From positions 86,600-150,599 of the forward strand of contig JBMFSQ010000001.1 in NCBI GenBank assembly GCA_049967475.1: a DNA stretch of 64,000 nucleotides, in the 5' to 3' direction. Position numbers and translations under genes: made by a program. This DNA comes from Chthonomonadales bacterium (lineage in GTDB: Bacteria; Armatimonadota; Chthonomonadetes; Chthonomonadales; CAJBBX01). Positions 1-10,567 of this stretch are shown one piece after another (position 1 is the first letter of the stretch; the number at the start of each line of letters is the position of its first letter). The notes under the pieces are model-generated. The model was not told the origin of the DNA. It saw only the letters and a program-made list of their open reading frames with translations, and made no database searches.

Positions 1-161
1 CCGTCATCCTGAAAGATAGCGTCCCGGTTGCGGAAAGCGACGAGGAAAAGCCGGGTGTCATTCTGGATTATGACGACCAGGGCAACCTGATATCTCTGGA
101 GGTTCTGGACGCCTCCAAGCGGGTCACGGAGACGAGAAAGATAGAGTTCCAAACCGCGTAG
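1..161 (+). CDS. DUF2283-like small protein (3' part, truncated by window edge)
   Basis: Manual translation from position 3: [52 protein letters not shown]. [28 protein letters not shown] is the typical DUF2283 pattern. Not in the ORF track. Confidence 0.8.
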   Translation, partial: VILKDSVPVAESDEEKPGVILDYDDQGNLISLEVLDASKRVTETRKIEFQTA

Positions 162-177
162 CTGCAGGTACCGAAGA

Positions 178-2229
178 ATGCACTACTCCTTCAAGCCACA
201 CGAGGCGAATTTCAGGGAGTGGAGGAAGGGCGGGTATGTAGGAATACCCGAAAGTGGGATTGCCTTTCTCAAGAACCTCCGCTCGCCGCAGTTCAAGCCC
301 AAACTGAAACTGTGGAATCAGCGCCAGTGGGAGAAGGTACAACTGGAGGCGATTGAGCGGTGCGTCTATTCGTTCGAGATTCTGGGAGAGAAAGACCTTC
401 TTACCAATATCGTCACAGGAGGCGGGAAGACCACGGTCATCGGCGCGATGATTGCCTATCTCATGATCGTGCATGACCAGACGAAGTTCCTCATTCTCAC
501 CCCGAACACCATCGTCCGTGACCGCCTGGTGGATGAGTTCGATCCCGCCTCGGTGAGTTATATCTATGGACTCTTCCCCTTCTTTTTCAACTCCTTTGAG
601 TCGCTCAAGAACCGTGTGAGCCTCCACCTCATGCAGCCGAAGGCAAGCCCGGCGGGTATCCGCTCCGGCTCGCTTATTCTGGGCAACATCCACCAGATCT
701 ACGAGCGCACAGACAACTGGAAGGTCTTGATGGAGAACGTGGAGTCGCTGTGCATCTTCAATGATGAGGCCCACAACACGAAAGCGGAGCAATACAACGA
801 CCTCATCAACAAGCTGAAGCCCAAACGATTCTTTCGGCTCGATACGACGGCCACGCCGGACCGTCTCGATGGCCTTCATCCGGACAGCAAGATGATTTAC
901 GTCTACACCATTGCCGAGGCGATGCGCGACAAGATCATCAAGCGGATTGTGGTGTTCCACCCGGATGTGAAGAAAGTTAAGCTGACGTATGAAGACCTCG
1001 AAACTGGAAAGACCATCTCGGCCGAGGAGGTCCCGTGGGAGGAGATCGAGCGGCGCAAGGTGCCTGCCCGACGCTACATCACGAGCACCCACCCCATGCG
1101 CCAGCAGATCGCGATTGCGCTTGAACTCCTCAAGGAGCAGCGCATGCGCACGCCGGCCCCCTACAAACCCCTTTTGCTCGTTGTGGCGGTGTCCATTGCT
1201 GATGCGGAACGCATTAAGACCGAAATTGAGCGGGTGGGTGAAACGTATGGCGTTCGGAAGGTCCTGCTCGTGACCAACGAGTCGGAAGAAGAAATGAAGG
1301 AAGCGGCGCGGGACTTAAACAAGGACCCTCAAACCGAGTGGGATGCGGTGGTCTCGGTGCTCATGCTCCGGGAGGGCTGGGACGTGCGGAATATCTCGGT
1401 CATCCTGCTCTTCCGTAAGTTCAGCTACAAGGAGGTTGACGGCCAGATTTTCTCTGTGTATGGCCCGCAGGTCATCGGACGCGGCCTCCGCCGCATGAGC
1501 CAGAACCCGGAAGAGTGGGAGTCGCTCTTTGTGGTAGACCATCCCATCCTGAAACACACCTGGCTGTGGGAACATCTCAAGGCGAACGAATACCCTGACG
1601 CCCTCGACCCGGCGGGTGTTGTGGTGGACGTGGCGAAGATTCCGGAAGGCGCTGCTGAGCCCTCCGCGGACGAAGATGAAATGCCCTTGGAGGATGCGGA
1701 AAAGAAAAAACTTGAGATCGGAAACCTCCCTGAGACACCCGAGCCGCCGGAAGCAGTCGAGCCTATCTACGAGTGGCAGAAATTCCTCGATAGCTACCGG
1801 TATGACTTCCACAAGATGAACATCATCGAGGATGTGGAACAGATCAAGAGCCTCAATCTGGACTCTGAGCTGACAACGCTCGATAAGGGAGCGGTTCCAC
1901 AGATTCAGATTGAGCAAATCGCCAGGATCACGCGGACAGAACACTGGAGCCTCGATGAGGTCAAGAAAAACCTTATCCGGCAGGTTCACTCGATAGCCCA
2001 CGATGCACTCATCGAATATGACCGTAATCCCGATGAGCGGCAGGTGGAGCTGGTGAAGATTATCCGTGAGCATCTGAAGAAACGATTTTTAGGAGGACAC
2101 GAAGTCGAAGAGGCGACAGACGAGCTTGCGCTGCGCAGGCTTTGGGCGCTGATCGATCAGGTGCGGGACCTGTTTCTGAGGCCGGAGCTGGTTGAGGGAA
2201 TTTTTGTCAGCAGCAAACGTGGACGGTAA
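178..2229 (+). CDS. Type III restriction Res-like SF2 helicase/ATPase lacking the C-terminal nuclease
   Basis: Motif I VTGGGKT, II DEAH, III TAT, V LREGWD, VI QVIGRGLR (Res-type); no PD-(D/E)XK motif at the C-terminus. Confidence 0.85.
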   Translation: MHYSFKPHEANFREWRKGGYVGIPESGIAFLKNLRSPQFKPKLKLWNQRQWEKVQLEAIERCVYSFEILGEKDLLTNIVTGGGKTTVIGAMIAYLMIVHDQTKFLILTPNTIVRDRLVDEFDPASVSYIYGLFPFFFNSFESLKNRVSLHLMQPKASPAGIRSGSLILGNIHQIYERTDNWKVLMENVESLCIFNDEAHNTKAEQYNDLINKLKPKRFFRLDTTATPDRLDGLHPDSKMIYVYTIAEAMRDKIIKRIVVFHPDVKKVKLTYEDLETGKTISAEEVPWEEIERRKVPARRYITSTHPMRQQIAIALELLKEQRMRTPAPYKPLLLVVAVSIADAERIKTEIERVGETYGVRKVLLVTNESEEEMKEAARDLNKDPQTEWDAVVSVLMLREGWDVRNISVILLFRKFSYKEVDGQIFSVYGPQVIGRGLRRMSQNPEEWESLFVVDHPILKHTWLWEHLKANEYPDALDPAGVVVDVAKIPEGAAEPSADEDEMPLEDAEKKKLEIGNLPETPEPPEAVEPIYEWQKFLDSYRYDFHKMNIIEDVEQIKSLNLDSELTTLDKGAVPQIQIEQIARITRTEHWSLDEVKKNLIRQVHSIAHDALIEYDRNPDERQVELVKIIREHLKKRFLGGHEVEEATDELALRRLWALIDQVRDLFLRPELVEGIFVSSKRGR

Positions 2230-2235
2230 GCTTGC

Positions 2236-2604
2236 ATGATCAGCAAGAAAGGAAAACTCACGAACCTCAAGAAAAGTCCCTTCGGGGAGGAAGAGTACGA
2301 CTCAGCTTTAGAGCGGGAATACATGGTCGAACTGGAGCGGGATGCGGCGGTCGTGAAATGGACCAAGAAGCACGGAATCAAGATCCCCTACACTTTTTTG
2401 GGGTTCCGGCGACACTACCTGCCCGACTTTTTGGTCGAATATCGTGACGGAACGCGGGAAATCCACGAGACGAAAGGGCTGCCGTTGCTTCTTTGGCTTT
2501 CGACCAAACTGAAGCGCCAATCCGCCGAGGCGTTTTGCCAGGCGCACGGATTCCGCTACAAGCAGATTACGAAGGGGCGAGGGGCCTTCTATGGGAAGGT
2601 GTAG
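2236..2604 (+). CDS. TnsA-like / Res C-terminal-type PD-(D/E)XK endonuclease
   Basis: YDSALE...IPY...YLPDFLV...EIHETKG; 122 aa; same frame as the upstream helicase, 6 nt after its stop. Confidence 0.8.
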   Translation: MISKKGKLTNLKKSPFGEEEYDSALEREYMVELERDAAVVKWTKKHGIKIPYTFLGFRRHYLPDFLVEYRDGTREIHETKGLPLLLWLSTKLKRQSAEAFCQAHGFRYKQITKGRGAFYGKV

Positions 2605-2632
2605 GGGCGATGTTGTGGTATGGGAAGGGGGC

Positions 2633-2698
2633 GCCTAACAAGCCGATGAAGCTGACGGTCGCCTGCGGCGCCCGCAGCTTATCGGCAGGGGGTTAGGC
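2633..2698 (+). mobile_element. attC: Integron attC recombination site
   Basis: R'' GCCTAAC (2633-2639) and R' GTTAGGC (2692-2698) are exact complements fitting RYYYAAC/GTTRRRY. Inner arms GCCGATGAAGCTG / CAGCTTATCGGC pair with one extra-helical base. 66 bp, 28 nt after the nuclease stop. Confidence 0.85.
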
Positions 2699-2714
2699 AG
2701 CGGCCAGTAGCTAA

Positions 2715-2960
2715 GCGGAGTTCGACCGTCTCCGCGACTTCGTGGGAGGCGACAAGCGGGCCTTGGAGCTGTATCAATCCTTCCGGGACCCGCAGAGCTT
2801 CCCGAGGCGGGATCTGCAGGAGTTCCCGTTCATGGCGGTGGGGCCTGTGTCGCCCTTGGCGTTCAGCGGCAAGCCGCTCTTCTTCACGGCGTTCACGGAC
2901 CCAGCGGAGTTTCTGCGGGTCAACAATCTCGAAACGGCGAGGCCGCGATCAACGGGATGA
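2715..2960 (+). pseudogene. Probable 5'-truncated cassette gene remnant
   Basis: Open frame AEFDRLRDFVGGDKRALELYQSF...STG* begins right after an in-frame TAA (2712-2714); no clear RBS-linked start; coding-like codon pattern; lies between attC and the decayed attC. Confidence 0.4.
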
Positions 2961-3064
2961 AGCAGTGTCATGCCCACCGCCCTTTGAGCAGCCGTCAATC
3001 TGGGGAATGGTTGAAGACGGCGCGCCGGGTCCATGGGTATTTTCGGACCTCGAGGGTTTCACGA

Positions 3065-3149
3065 GCGATAGATCTATGCAGCCGACGCCGCTTCGCTGCG
3101 CTCCTCCACGACTGAGCGCGCCCGGCACGGCCTGATGCGGACGTTGTAA
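3065..3149 (+). mobile_element. Degenerate attC-like site
   Basis: ATGCAGCCGACGCCGCTTCGC...CGGCCTGATGCGGAC-GTTGTAA: attC-style inner arms and a GTT core at 3143, but the R'' AAC is not intact. Confidence 0.45.
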
Positions 3150-3177
3150 CGGCGCTGGATACGGGAGCCTTATCTCG

Positions 3178-4743
3178 ATGGCAGATTTCGATTTGGTGAT
3201 CGCAGGCTCGGGTTTCGGCGGAAGCCTTCTGGCCATGATTGCATGCCGGCTGGGATTGCGCGTTCTCTTGGCGGAACGGCACACACACCCCCGCTTCGCC
3301 ATCGGGGAGTCCTCTTCGCCCCTTGCGAACGTTCTTCTGGAAGAGCTCGCCCGCCGCTACGACCTTCCGCGCCTACTGCCGCTGACGGCGTGGGGGAGTT
3401 GGCAGCGCATCTATCCCTACATCGCGTGCGGCCTCAAGCGCGGCTTTACCTTCTACCATCATGAGGCTGGGCAGCGCTTCGCCAATACGCCGGAACGAAC
3501 CGACCAACTTCTGGTGGCGGCAAGCCCCTCCGATGAGTTGAGCGACACGCACTGGTTCCGTGCGGATTTCGACTACTTTCTGATGCGCGAAGCGGTGGCC
3601 GCTGGAGCTGAATATGGTGATCGCCTCGATCTGGCCGAAGTGCGCTGGGATGGTGCCATCGGCCGGATAGCCGGCATCCGCAGGACGCAGCGCGGACGGA
3701 TCCCCTTTTCGTGTTCGACGCGGCTGGTGGTGGACGCATCCGGGCCGCGAGGCTTCCTGTTCCGTGCGTTGGGGCTCGAATGGAAGCTTCCTCCGGGCAT
3801 GCCGAGCACTTCGGCTCTGTATACGCATTTCGTGGATGTGGAGCGTTGCGAGGCTCTGCCGGATTACGCTACGCGCGCTGCACCACCCTATCCGCCGGAC
3901 GATGCGGCCCTCCATCACGTGTTTGCGGGAGGGTGGATGTGGGTCCTTCGCTTTAACAACGGCATCACGAGCGCCGGCGTAGCAATGGAACAGCCCTTGG
4001 CTGCCGAACTCGGCCTGGCTGAGGGGCCTTCTGCCTGGCGGCGTGTTTTGAGGCGCTTCCCTTCGATCGAACAACAGTTTGGGCGGGCCGAACCGGTGCA
4101 GCCCTTCGTTTTCGTTCCCGTGCTTCCTTTTCGTGTGGAGCAGGCAGCCGGACCAGGGTGGGCGCTCTTGCCGTCCGCGGCCGCCTTCGTGGATCCGCTG
4201 TTCAGCACCGGCATCCCGCTCACGCTACTGGGTATCCAGCGGCTCGCGGCCATTCTGGAGCGAGCGGGTGCGACGCCCTCGCCCGAGCTGCTAGAGGGTT
4301 ATAGTGCTTCGGTGTTGGAGGATGCCGACTTCACTGCCCGCTTTATCGGGGCATGCTACCGCACAATGGCACCGTTTAGCCTGTTTCCATCGCTCTCCAT
4401 GATCTACTTTGCCGCAGCCAGCTTCTCCGAAGCCGCGCGTAGACTGGGATATCCTCTTGCGCCGAAGCGGTTTCTGGCAGCCGATGTGCCCGGTTTCTGC
4501 GAAGCAGCGGATCGCATCCTTCAGAGGATATTGGATGGGGATCCGCAGTGTCCTTCCGAAGAGTTCGCCGGCGAGGTGTGCCGCGCCATCGCCCCGATTA
4601 ACGTGGCAGGGTTGTGCGACCCCGCGCGCAAAAACTGGTATCCGGTAGATCTCGACGATCTGGTGCGCAATGCCGAGAACCTGGGGACCACTCCCGAGGA
4701 GATGAGGCGCATCTTGGCCAACGCGGATTGGGCCCGGATTTAG
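3178..4743 (+). CDS. Flavin-dependent halogenase (PrnC/tetracycline-halogenase-like)
   Basis: GSGFGG FAD motif, PRFAIGES, GLKRGF Lys, WMWVLRF (WxWxI-like), FVDPLFSTG. Confidence 0.8.
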   Translation: MADFDLVIAGSGFGGSLLAMIACRLGLRVLLAERHTHPRFAIGESSSPLANVLLEELARRYDLPRLLPLTAWGSWQRIYPYIACGLKRGFTFYHHEAGQRFANTPERTDQLLVAASPSDELSDTHWFRADFDYFLMREAVAAGAEYGDRLDLAEVRWDGAIGRIAGIRRTQRGRIPFSCSTRLVVDASGPRGFLFRALGLEWKLPPGMPSTSALYTHFVDVERCEALPDYATRAAPPYPPDDAALHHVFAGGWMWVLRFNNGITSAGVAMEQPLAAELGLAEGPSAWRRVLRRFPSIEQQFGRAEPVQPFVFVPVLPFRVEQAAGPGWALLPSAAAFVDPLFSTGIPLTLLGIQRLAAILERAGATPSPELLEGYSASVLEDADFTARFIGACYRTMAPFSLFPSLSMIYFAAASFSEAARRLGYPLAPKRFLAADVPGFCEAADRILQRILDGDPQCPSEEFAGEVCRAIAPINVAGLCDPARKNWYPVDLDDLVRNAENLGTTPEEMRRILANADWARI

Positions 4744-5639
4744 GAGGCTTCCCCTCCAAGTGCGTCCCATGCCGCTGAGAATGCCGGCTGCCACCGTTCA
4801 ACGGCACGCTCGAAGTCCCCATCCTGGAAGCCCAGCCACCGCGCAACGTCGTCGTCGAGCAAGGGCGGTGTTCCACCCGCTTCGGATGGGACGCCGGCCT
4901 GCCAAACAAGCCAATCGGCTGCATGAACGATAGCGGCATCTGCCAGAACGTCCCTTGGGTCGTGGTGGTTTCCTATGCCTGCCTGCACCGCCACTGGAAG
5001 CTGCAAATGTTCGGCGAGCATGCGGCCCACACGCGCATGGTTCGTATTGAGGATGCGTTCCTCGGCAGCGAAAGAGCTGAGCGCCTCCCGGCGCGCATAC
5101 TCCCGGGCCGCGGCGTAAGGCATTTGGAAATTGTGGTCCAAAAAGCGTTTGCCGATATCATGGAGCAGGCCGGCGACGAAGGCAGTTTCTGCATCTCCTT
5201 GGTAGGCGTGGTGCATGGCGGCCAGGGTGGCGCATGCGGCTCCTGCGGCAACGGAGTGCTTCCAAAGCAGGGCCGTGTCCAGGCGGCTCGAACGAGAACT
5301 GGAAGACACGGCCGCATAGGCTGAGAGGGCTACGGCCATGGTTCGTACGCGTGTATAGCCCAGGAGGATCACGGCTTGGCGGATGGAAGTCACGTTGGCC
5401 GGGAGACCCACGGCGGCGGAGTTGACCATGCGTATGGTCTTCTCTGTGAGCGTTCGATCCAGGGCGAGGACGCGGCTCAGCTCTTCGGCAGAGCTTCTTG
5501 GATCATTGACGAGCGAGAGGATGCGGTGGAGGATCGCGGCGGAGGGCGAGCCGCTTCCGATTTGACGGTCTACTGCCCGGGCAAGGTCGGAATGGTCAAT
5601 ATTCAGGCTGAATGCGCGATGAATAGGTTGCCGGCGCAC
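4740..5639 (-). CDS. HDOD domain signalling protein
   Basis: LSRVLALDRTLTEKTIRMVNSAAVG...SIRQAVILLG, LWKHS, AFVAGLLHDIG, HARVG; start uncertain. Confidence 0.85.
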   Translation of the reverse strand: MRRQPIHRAFSLNIDHSDLARAVDRQIGSGSPSAAILHRILSLVNDPRSSAEELSRVLALDRTLTEKTIRMVNSAAVGLPANVTSIRQAVILLGYTRVRTMAVALSAYAAVSSSSRSSRLDTALLWKHSVAAGAACATLAAMHHAYQGDAETAFVAGLLHDIGKRFLDHNFQMPYAAAREYARREALSSFAAEERILNTNHARVGRMLAEHLQLPVAVQAGIGNHHDPRDVLADAAIVHAADWLVWQAGVPSEAGGTPPLLDDDVARWLGFQDGDFERAVERWQPAFSAAWDALGGEAS

Positions 5640-5727
5640 GGGGTGTTCTCATGCGGTTAGGGCCGTGGATCAGGATACTGCCGTCTCTACGAATATCGGC
5701 ACGTGAGGCGTTTCGATGGAGGGTCGG

Positions 5728-5769
5728 AAAGACGAAAGCGCCGAACCCGGAGTATTCCGGGTTCGGCGC
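5728..5769 (-). terminator. Rho-independent terminator of groESL
   Basis: Perfect 14-bp stem GCGCCGAACCCGGA/TCCGGGTTCGGCGC (5738-5769), 4-nt loop, followed on the minus strand by TTTCGTCTTT. Confidence 0.85.
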
Positions 5770-5798
5770 GGATCGTTGCGTAAGCCGGGGTAGGCGGA

Positions 5799-7818
<2,020 letters not shown>

Positions 7819-7875
7819 TCCAGCTCCTCCCTTATCGAGTGATATTGTGCCCGGACCTTCGGGCTCAAACTGGCG

Positions 7876-7902
7876 TTAGCACTCTAGCTCTTAGAGTGCT
7901 AA
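7876..7902. promoter_or_regulatory. CIRCE element (HrcA operator)
   Basis: Exact TTAGCACTC-N9-GAGTGCTAA upstream of groES. Confidence 0.97.
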
Positions 7903-7911
7903 CCTGACTAA

Positions 7912-7941
7912 AGTATACACGATACGATCCATAGAAGGCAA
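7912..7941 (-). promoter_or_regulatory. Housekeeping-sigma promoter of groESL
   Basis: Minus strand TTGCCT-N18-TATACT immediately upstream of CIRCE. Confidence 0.65.
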
Positions 7942-8021
7942 GGGGCGAGCAATATCCTGGGTTCATTGCCCGGGAACAGAAGGCGGATCGGGTTCCTTGC
8001 CGAGCCCGATCCGCCGGACCG

Positions 8022-9068
8022 TCAGTAACCGTGCCCTTCAGTAGGAGGCGCCACCTTGCCCCGGAAGGAACGGAAAAGATAGGTGAAGTAGCCGATCGCC
8101 AGGACGATTGCGATGGACCACCAGGCCAGGCCAACCCTTAGTCCCAGGGCACCCGCCGAGGCGTTGTAGATGGTGAGTGTGTACGCCGGATCCATCCGGG
8201 AGATGAGGATGTTGGGATAGAAACCCGCGGCTGTAGCTGCAAGCAGGCCGCCAATGAAAGCACACGACCCCAGGAAGGCCGGAAGCTCGGCGCCCCTGGC
8301 CGTGCCCAGAAACACGGTAACCAGTCCTGCCAAGAACATCAGAACCAGCAGGAGCGTCCACGGACGTGCCATCAGGTTCGAGTAGATCTCCGGTCGCACC
8401 GCCGAAGTGGCCGCCGTAGCAATCACGCCGATGACAACGACTGCAGACCACAAGGGCACAATGAGCCTGCGCGCCCGGTCATGCACTACCCCGTCTGTCT
8501 TCCAGGTGAGATAGAGAGCTCCATGAGCCGCCAGCACGACCAGGGTGAAAACGCCTACGATCACCGTGTACCAATCCAGAACACCCGGAGTAGGTCCCAG
8601 CTTGAAGTCCGTAAAGAGCGGTCCGCTGAAGTATCCTTCGTTGTTGAGGCCCACTCCGCGGATAACATTGCCGAGGGCGGCTCCCAAGAAGATCGCCGTG
8701 AGGGTCGAGGCGAAGGCGAACACCCCGTCCCAGAAGCTTCTCCATAGCGGGTGGGGTTGGTGCGATCGCAACTCGATGGAAAGTCCCCTCAGGATGAGCA
8801 ACCACAGTACGATCATGAGCGGCAGGTAAAAACCGCTGAAGCCGGCCGCGTACGCTTTGGGAAAGGCGAACACGAGGATGCCGCCGGACGACAGGAGCCA
8901 CACTTCGTTACCGTCCCAAACCGGGCCGATTGCGGCCAGGACCGACCGGCGCTCGGTGTCCTTCTTGGCCACGAACAGGTGCAGGATGCCGGCCCCGAAA
9001 TCGAAGCCGTCGAGCACCACGTACACCGCGAGCATCAATGAAAGGATGGTGAACCAAACGGTCTGCAT
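8022..9068 (-). CDS. cydB: Cytochrome bd ubiquinol oxidase subunit II
   Basis: YVVLDGFDFGAG, IGPVWDGNEVWL, multiple TM helices. Confidence 0.97.
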   Translation of the reverse strand: MQTVWFTILSLMLAVYVVLDGFDFGAGILHLFVAKKDTERRSVLAAIGPVWDGNEVWLLSSGGILVFAFPKAYAAGFSGFYLPLMIVLWLLILRGLSIELRSHQPHPLWRSFWDGVFAFASTLTAIFLGAALGNVIRGVGLNNEGYFSGPLFTDFKLGPTPGVLDWYTVIVGVFTLVVLAAHGALYLTWKTDGVVHDRARRLIVPLWSAVVVIGVIATAATSAVRPEIYSNLMARPWTLLLVLMFLAGLVTVFLGTARGAELPAFLGSCAFIGGLLAATAAGFYPNILISRMDPAYTLTIYNASAGALGLRVGLAWWSIAIVLAIGYFTYLFRSFRGKVAPPTEGHGY

Positions 9069-9077
9069 CGGATCCTC

Positions 9078-10433
9078 CTATGCTGCAGCGGCTTCCGCAG
9101 CCGCCTGGGCCGGCGTGGCGGGCTCGGGGCCGCGGGAGATCTCACGCATCACCAGGTAAAGAAACAGGAGGCCCACCACCATGTAGAGGCCGAGAAACCC
9201 CAGGGTGGTGAAGGCAACGTCTCCGCCGCTCACCAGCGGGGATGTGCCATGAACCGTGCGCTGAAGGCCGTAAACGAGCCATGGCTGCCGGCCGAGTTCG
9301 GCCGTCATCCATCCGGCCGTGGTGGCGATGTAGGGGAAGGGAAAGGCGAGCATGAGGACCCAAAGCATCGCCCGCGAGGTAAACAGTGTGCCCCGCCACA
9401 GCAGATACGCGGCTACCGCCATGATCGCGATGAAGATGGTCCCCAGCCCTACCATGATGTGATAGGCGTAATAGAGAAGCTCCACATTGTCCGGCCATTG
9501 ATCCGATGGTATGTCGTTGAGCCCCTGGACTTCTGCTCCGAAGGAACCGTATGCCAGGAAGCTGAGGATGCCAGGCACGTAGATGGGGTTCTCCAGGGCT
9601 CGGGCGCGAACATCCGGCTGCCCGATGATGACCAGTTCGGCGTGATCCGACGTGTTGAATTTGCCTTCCATGGCCGCCAGGGCGGGTTTCTGATAACGGG
9701 CCACCATCTTGCCGTGCTGGTCGCCTGTGGGGAAGAGCTGCACGAGGCTTGCAATGAGGCCCACCGTTATTCCCAGGCGCAAGAAGAGCCGCGCGTAATC
9801 GGTATGGAGGTTCGTCAGCGTCCAGAATGCTCCTACGGCGGTTACTACAAAGCTGCCGGTAATTACCGCGGCGCACATATTGTGGGCGTACTGCCAGAGG
9901 GCCCATGGATTGAGAACAAAGCGCCAGAAATCCGCCAGCAACAGCACACCCCCGGGACCGACGGTGTACCCGACGGGATGCTGCATGAACGCGTTCGTGG
10001 CGATGATAAAGTAACCCGAGAGCCAGGAACCCAGGAACACCATAATCGCAGCAATCAAGTGGCCTTTGGGTCCTAGGCGCTTCTCGCCGAACAGAAACAG
10101 CCCGAGGAAGGCAGATTCGGCGAAGAAGGCGAACATACCCTCCATAGCGAGCGTGAGGCCGATTACGCCTCCTGCGAAATTAGAGAAGCGGCCCCAGTTT
10201 GTGCCGAACTGAAACTCCATGGGGATGCCGGTAACCACCCCTACCGCGAAGTTGATGCCGAAGATGCGCGCCCAAAAGCGGGCGCTGTCGTTGTAGAGGG
10301 CGTTGCCGGTGCGTAGCGCCTGCACCTTGAGGATCAAAATCAGCAGCGCCAGCCCCATGGTGAGCTGGGGAAAGAGGTAGTGGTACGTCACGGTGAGGGC
10401 AAACTGAAAACGGCTCCACGCCAGCGCATCCAT
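9078..10433 (-). CDS. cydA: Cytochrome bd ubiquinol oxidase subunit I
   Basis: SRFQFALTVTYHYLF, GIPMEFQFGTNW, AMEG, GWMTAELGRQPW. Confidence 0.97.
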   Translation of the reverse strand: MDALAWSRFQFALTVTYHYLFPQLTMGLALLILILKVQALRTGNALYNDSARFWARIFGINFAVGVVTGIPMEFQFGTNWGRFSNFAGGVIGLTLAMEGMFAFFAESAFLGLFLFGEKRLGPKGHLIAAIMVFLGSWLSGYFIIATNAFMQHPVGYTVGPGGVLLLADFWRFVLNPWALWQYAHNMCAAVITGSFVVTAVGAFWTLTNLHTDYARLFLRLGITVGLIASLVQLFPTGDQHGKMVARYQKPALAAMEGKFNTSDHAELVIIGQPDVRARALENPIYVPGILSFLAYGSFGAEVQGLNDIPSDQWPDNVELLYYAYHIMVGLGTIFIAIMAVAAYLLWRGTLFTSRAMLWVLMLAFPFPYIATTAGWMTAELGRQPWLVYGLQRTVHGTSPLVSGGDVAFTTLGFLGLYMVVGLLFLYLVMREISRGPEPATPAQAAAEAAAA

Positions 10434-10567
10434 CAGGAGACCTCCTTTCTAGGCTGGAAGCGGCCGCGTCACTCGGTATTCAAAGATCCGTGTCGCTATA
10501 AGTATACCTTCTGTAAGAACGTGTGCTTTAGGGTGAGGAGCTGCAGGCTGGGGGCGATGGTGGGAAA

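Noticed and set aside
124..2073. Antisense ORFs 124-1092 and 1315-2073
   Set aside because: Shadows of the helicase gene with no motifs.
2236..2604. Tn7-like transposon suggested by the TnsA-like gene
   Set aside because: No tnsB/tnsC/tniQ or terminal repeats; the nuclease fits a detached Res-type domain better.
2493..2696. 67-aa ORF ending PNKPMKLTVACGARSLSAGG
   Set aside because: It is an off-frame read through the nuclease end and the attC palindrome, a typical attC-derived spurious ORF.
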